A DNA stretch of 51,609 nucleotides, taken from positions 1-51,609 of the forward strand of contig CAYYSJ010000002.1 in assembly GCA_964474445.1 (NCBI GenBank), written 5' to 3'. The notes under the pieces are model-generated. The model did no database searches, had not been told where the DNA came from, and worked only from the letters and a program-made list of their open reading frames with translations. Within the stretch, counting starts at the first letter, position 1; every line of letters begins with the position of its first letter. This DNA comes from an uncultured Gammaproteobacteria bacterium (lineage in GTDB: Bacteria > Patescibacteriota > Microgenomatia > Levybacterales > UBA12049). Made by a program: the position numbers and the translations under genes. This document shows positions 48,631 to 51,609 of the stretch, piece by piece.

Positions 48631-50766
48631 TTATATACTTGAAAATATGTGATATATACTTGTTTTATCATTCCGATAAATGATTTTTCCCACTTGCTGT
48701 AATTTCTCTTCATTCACTGCATATTTTTTTCGTTCCATATCTCCAACATATACATAGGTAACATTATATTTTTTTAGTAATTGTTTTGTTTGAGATACAT
48801 CTGTACCTTCATAAATTGTTTTAATATCAGTAATCCGTTGTGGTGCAACGTCATATGTTCCACGCCAAAGCCATTCATGGACAGTCCAACCAAAAATAGT
48901 TGGAAGACCTGTATAGCTTGAGATTCGTTCATAATCCGTGTACGAATCTCCTTGTGCTTCAAGCATCACAGGTTGGCCTGAAATGTTTGCGTTGATCCAA
49001 GTAATTGCATCGAAGTCACTTTTGTTAGATCCTGTCAAATATTTCGTTCCATGCAATCCTTGAAATTTTTGCAGGTTATTGTAATAAGAATTGATTGCAA
49101 AATAAGGATAGATACTAACAAGTGTCAGGAGAATACCACTGAGTATACTGAAAAGAAGGAGAAATGGAACTTTTATTTTCTTTGTAAAAGAGAATGAGGA
49201 AAGCATACGTATAATTGAATATGCGCTTGTTAAGGAGAGAATAATAAAAGCTTGATAACATAGCTTAAACATGGTATTTGCTCTGAAGTACGTTGTATAA
49301 ATATCTTTGAGGTAAATAAATTCAGGAGCAAGGATAAGAAGAAATGCGAAAATACTTAGTATTGTTGTAAAAATATCAAGGGGATTATTTCTCTCTTTTT
49401 TGAAGAAGTGAAACATTGAGAAAGCAACAAACCAGAAAAAGAAAAATCCATACAAAATTGCAAGTTGCCACCAAGGGCTATATTGGCAATATCCTTGTTC
49501 AAAAATAATTGGACCAATTTTCCCAATATGAAGTAACAAATCAGGTGAACAATTAATACCAACCTGCGATGCAAATGGTTTAAAAAACAGTGAAAAAGGA
49601 AGTGAAAAAACAAAAAAACTGATGAAGACAAGTCCTATTTGCGTGATACTATTTTTCCACGAAAGGCCTTTTACCTCATGGAGCTTATATAAAAGAATTG
49701 TGGAAGAGATAGCAAGGTAAATAAGACCATCCCAAGCGTTTGTCATATACATAATGGCACATAATGCCCCTAAGAGTATTGAGGTCCCTAATCTAAATTT
49801 CCAATTTTCAATGTTGAATGGTTTTAAAAATATGACTAACAATGTTGCTATTGTTAATAGAACAAAAGGAATATCTAGAACATGTCCATGTAAGTCTGCA
49901 ACAACAAAGGAATAAATAGGAAACTCATGGATCGTATGATAAATAAAACGGGTGGCATTAGGGTACCAATAAGCATTAGGGAACGTTTGCGGTGAGAACA
50001 TGAGTTGCCAAGGAGCCATGGGATTATCGTTTTCGTATGGACTAAAAAAGGTATAGAGAGTATGGAGATTGCCTGCAAATGCCATGAGCCACGCTGATAC
50101 TATGCCGGGGATAAAAAAAGATCGAAACCTGTTTTGTGATTTTTTAAAAAGAGTATAGAAGTTGCCACCAAGAGAAAAGCTGCCAACAAAAGTAAATGCA
50201 AAAATTGTTGCAAGCATGAGGTTGAATGTAATATAACTTGGAAGAAGAGATATCTTAGTAAGAGCAGCAGTAACAAGGTGACCAAAGTAGTAGTAATTAA
50301 TATATAGTGGTGTCATCCACATATCCTTTGGAGGAAAATATGTTGTTCTGAGTATGGAATTCACAAAGCCAAAATCCATAAATTTTTCAAGACCTTCGAT
50401 ATTTGGCTGAAATCCTCTTACCAGTGACCACCCAGTAAGTGCCACAAGGAAGAAAAATTCTTCAACAATAATAGGAAAAACTGCATGCTTTAAATCAGTA
50501 AGATCGTCTTTTTTTAAAAGAAATATGTTAATAAGGGAAAAAAGAAACAGTATTCCAATGAGTGAATATTGAGAGAAAGGGAGAATATGTAATTCTCCCA
50601 ACACAAACATACTATATGAAAGAAGTATTGCCCCAATAAGTTTTGAGAAAATATATCCCTTATCAAAGAAGCTGCTAAAAAAACGCTTAGTAGTGGGGAG
50701 AAAAATACATCCTAATACAAAAAAAACAACCCACCAAGTAAAGATTGGTTTGAGCGCATCAATCAT
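48631..50766 (-). CDS. DUF2298 (YYY membrane protein), putative GT-C-type glycosyltransferase
   Basis: EKFMDFGF, PPKDMW, INYYYFGH, HEFP..SF...DLHGH, NTMFK, GWTVHEWLWR. Confidence 0.85.
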   Translation of the reverse strand: MIDALKPIFTWWVVFFVLGCIFLPTTKRFFSSFFDKGYIFSKLIGAILLSYSMFVLGELHILPFSQYSLIGILFLFSLINIFLLKKDDLTDLKHAVFPIIVEEFFFLVALTGWSLVRGFQPNIEGLEKFMDFGFVNSILRTTYFPPKDMWMTPLYINYYYFGHLVTAALTKISLLPSYITFNLMLATIFAFTFVGSFSLGGNFYTLFKKSQNRFRSFFIPGIVSAWLMAFAGNLHTLYTFFSPYENDNPMAPWQLMFSPQTFPNAYWYPNATRFIYHTIHEFPIYSFVVADLHGHVLDIPFVLLTIATLLVIFLKPFNIENWKFRLGTSILLGALCAIMYMTNAWDGLIYLAISSTILLYKLHEVKGLSWKNSITQIGLVFISFFVFSLPFSLFFKPFASQVGINCSPDLLLHIGKIGPIIFEQGYCQYSPWWQLAILYGFFFFWFVAFSMFHFFKKERNNPLDIFTTILSIFAFLLILAPEFIYLKDIYTTYFRANTMFKLCYQAFIILSLTSAYSIIRMLSSFSFTKKIKVPFLLLFSILSGILLTLVSIYPYFAINSYYNNLQKFQGLHGTKYLTGSNKSDFDAITWINANISGQPVMLEAQGDSYTDYERISSYTGLPTIFGWTVHEWLWRGTYDVAPQRITDIKTIYEGTDVSQTKQLLKKYNVTYVYVGDMERKKYAVNEEKLQQVGKIIYRNDKTSIYHIFSSI

Positions 50767-51299
50767 AACATTTGAGAAATTTTTGTAATTCCAAAAAGAT
50801 TTTTATATAATTTTACTTTCATGAAAGGATTGAGCCAGTAGAATGTTGTTTGAGGATTATGTTGAGAAAGATATTTAAGGAGTGATAAGTCATCATCAAC
50901 ATATTTTTTAATCTCTTCTGTCTTTATTATTTTGTCTTTGAAAAGATGAGGCTGTTGATTTTTATAGTTAAAATAAAGCTTTTGAAAGATAGTATTTAAA
51001 TGTTCCCTTTTAACTATAGCATCTGTTCTTTTTTTTAAAAAACCAAAGCGACTTGATATAAGAAATAATTGATTACTATCTTTTTCAGAAAGAGATTGAA
51101 CAAAAGAAAGGTTATGCTTAATGATTGGTCGAAAGAATGGATGGTGAGAAAAAATTCGAACAAATTGCTCAAATTTACCCGGGATTCTATAGAGCAAAAT
51201 ACCATTATCTTTTTTTTTGTATAATTTATCGATAATCCATGAGGGAATGAATGGAGGATAGTCTACAAGCACTTTATCTAGATCAAAACCAATATTCAT
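50763..51299 (-). CDS. HAD-superfamily (5'-nucleotidase-like) hydrolase
   Basis: IGFDLDKVL (DxD), LISSR, K, YVDD. Confidence 0.75.
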   Translation of the reverse strand: MNIGFDLDKVLVDYPPFIPSWIIDKLYKKKDNGILLYRIPGKFEQFVRIFSHHPFFRPIIKHNLSFVQSLSEKDSNQLFLISSRFGFLKKRTDAIVKREHLNTIFQKLYFNYKNQQPHLFKDKIIKTEEIKKYVDDDLSLLKYLSQHNPQTTFYWLNPFMKVKLYKNLFGITKISQML

Positions 51300-51303
51300 A
51301 TTT

Positions 51304-51609
51304 TTAAAAGAACTTTGTTACGAGATTAAGAATTTGAAAATTCCATCCTACTCGATGTGTTATCCCTTTTCTTGCAATAATTTCGTCACGATATTGTTCG
51401 TACCATTTATATGATTCCAGTAGAAGTTGTTTGTTAGATTTTTTTGGTTCCCACTTCAAGAGTTTTTCTGCTTTTTGTATAGAGACATATGAAGGAACAG
51501 GAAGTGTTTTATAATGCCATGCCGCAATTGGAGAAATACCTAAGAATTCAAAAATACCAAGAATGATTTGTGAAGGCAGTACAGGGAGTCCAATAATGCT
51601 TGATGAAGA
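51304..51609 (-). CDS. C-terminus of an NAD-dependent epimerase/dehydratase (5'-truncated by the window edge)
   Basis: Hand translation: ...SYVSIQKAEKLLKWEPKKSNKQLLLESYKWY...THRVGW...KFF*, typical of extended-SDR C-termini. Confidence 0.7.
   Translation of the reverse strand, partial: SSSSIIGLPVLPSQIILGIFEFLGISPIAAWHYKTLPVPSYVSIQKAEKLLKWEPKKSNKQLLLESYKWYEQYRDEIIARKGITHRVGWNFQILNLVTKFF

Overview
AT-rich bacterial chromosomal window. The gene repertoire, mostly Shine-Dalgarno-less starts and giant fibre-type surface protein resemble Patescibacteria/CPR (Microgenomates-like); this taxonomy is inference. From left to right: (i) two paralogous membrane proteins with an N-terminal MerR/Xis-like HTH, one of them a >870-aa tail-fibre-like protein running off the left edge and absent from the ORF track; (ii) a ~1-kb non-coding region rich in palindromes; (iii) an atypical F-type ATPase cluster (c-like fusion, b, delta, alpha, gamma, beta, epsilon) with no subunit a, whose c-like subunit lacks the ion-binding carboxylate and carries a secreted beta-domain; (iv) two double-propeller GH130 genes; (v) a Fur/Zur-regulated metal ABC importer; (vi) an FMN-binding protein/ApbE/RnfD-FNR flavinylation module, an OmpR-type two-component system and a MacAB-like exporter sharing TCAG direct-repeat boxes; (vii) a redox/stress cluster with two soluble multi-sensor kinases and an orphan regulator with TCTTA direct-repeat boxes; (viii) housekeeping and envelope genes. 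The best candidate for an undescribed system is the ion-uncoupled F1-like motor with a surface-domain-bearing c-like ring, next to the HTH-anchored fibre locus. No rRNA, tRNA, CRISPR array or mobile element was recognised.
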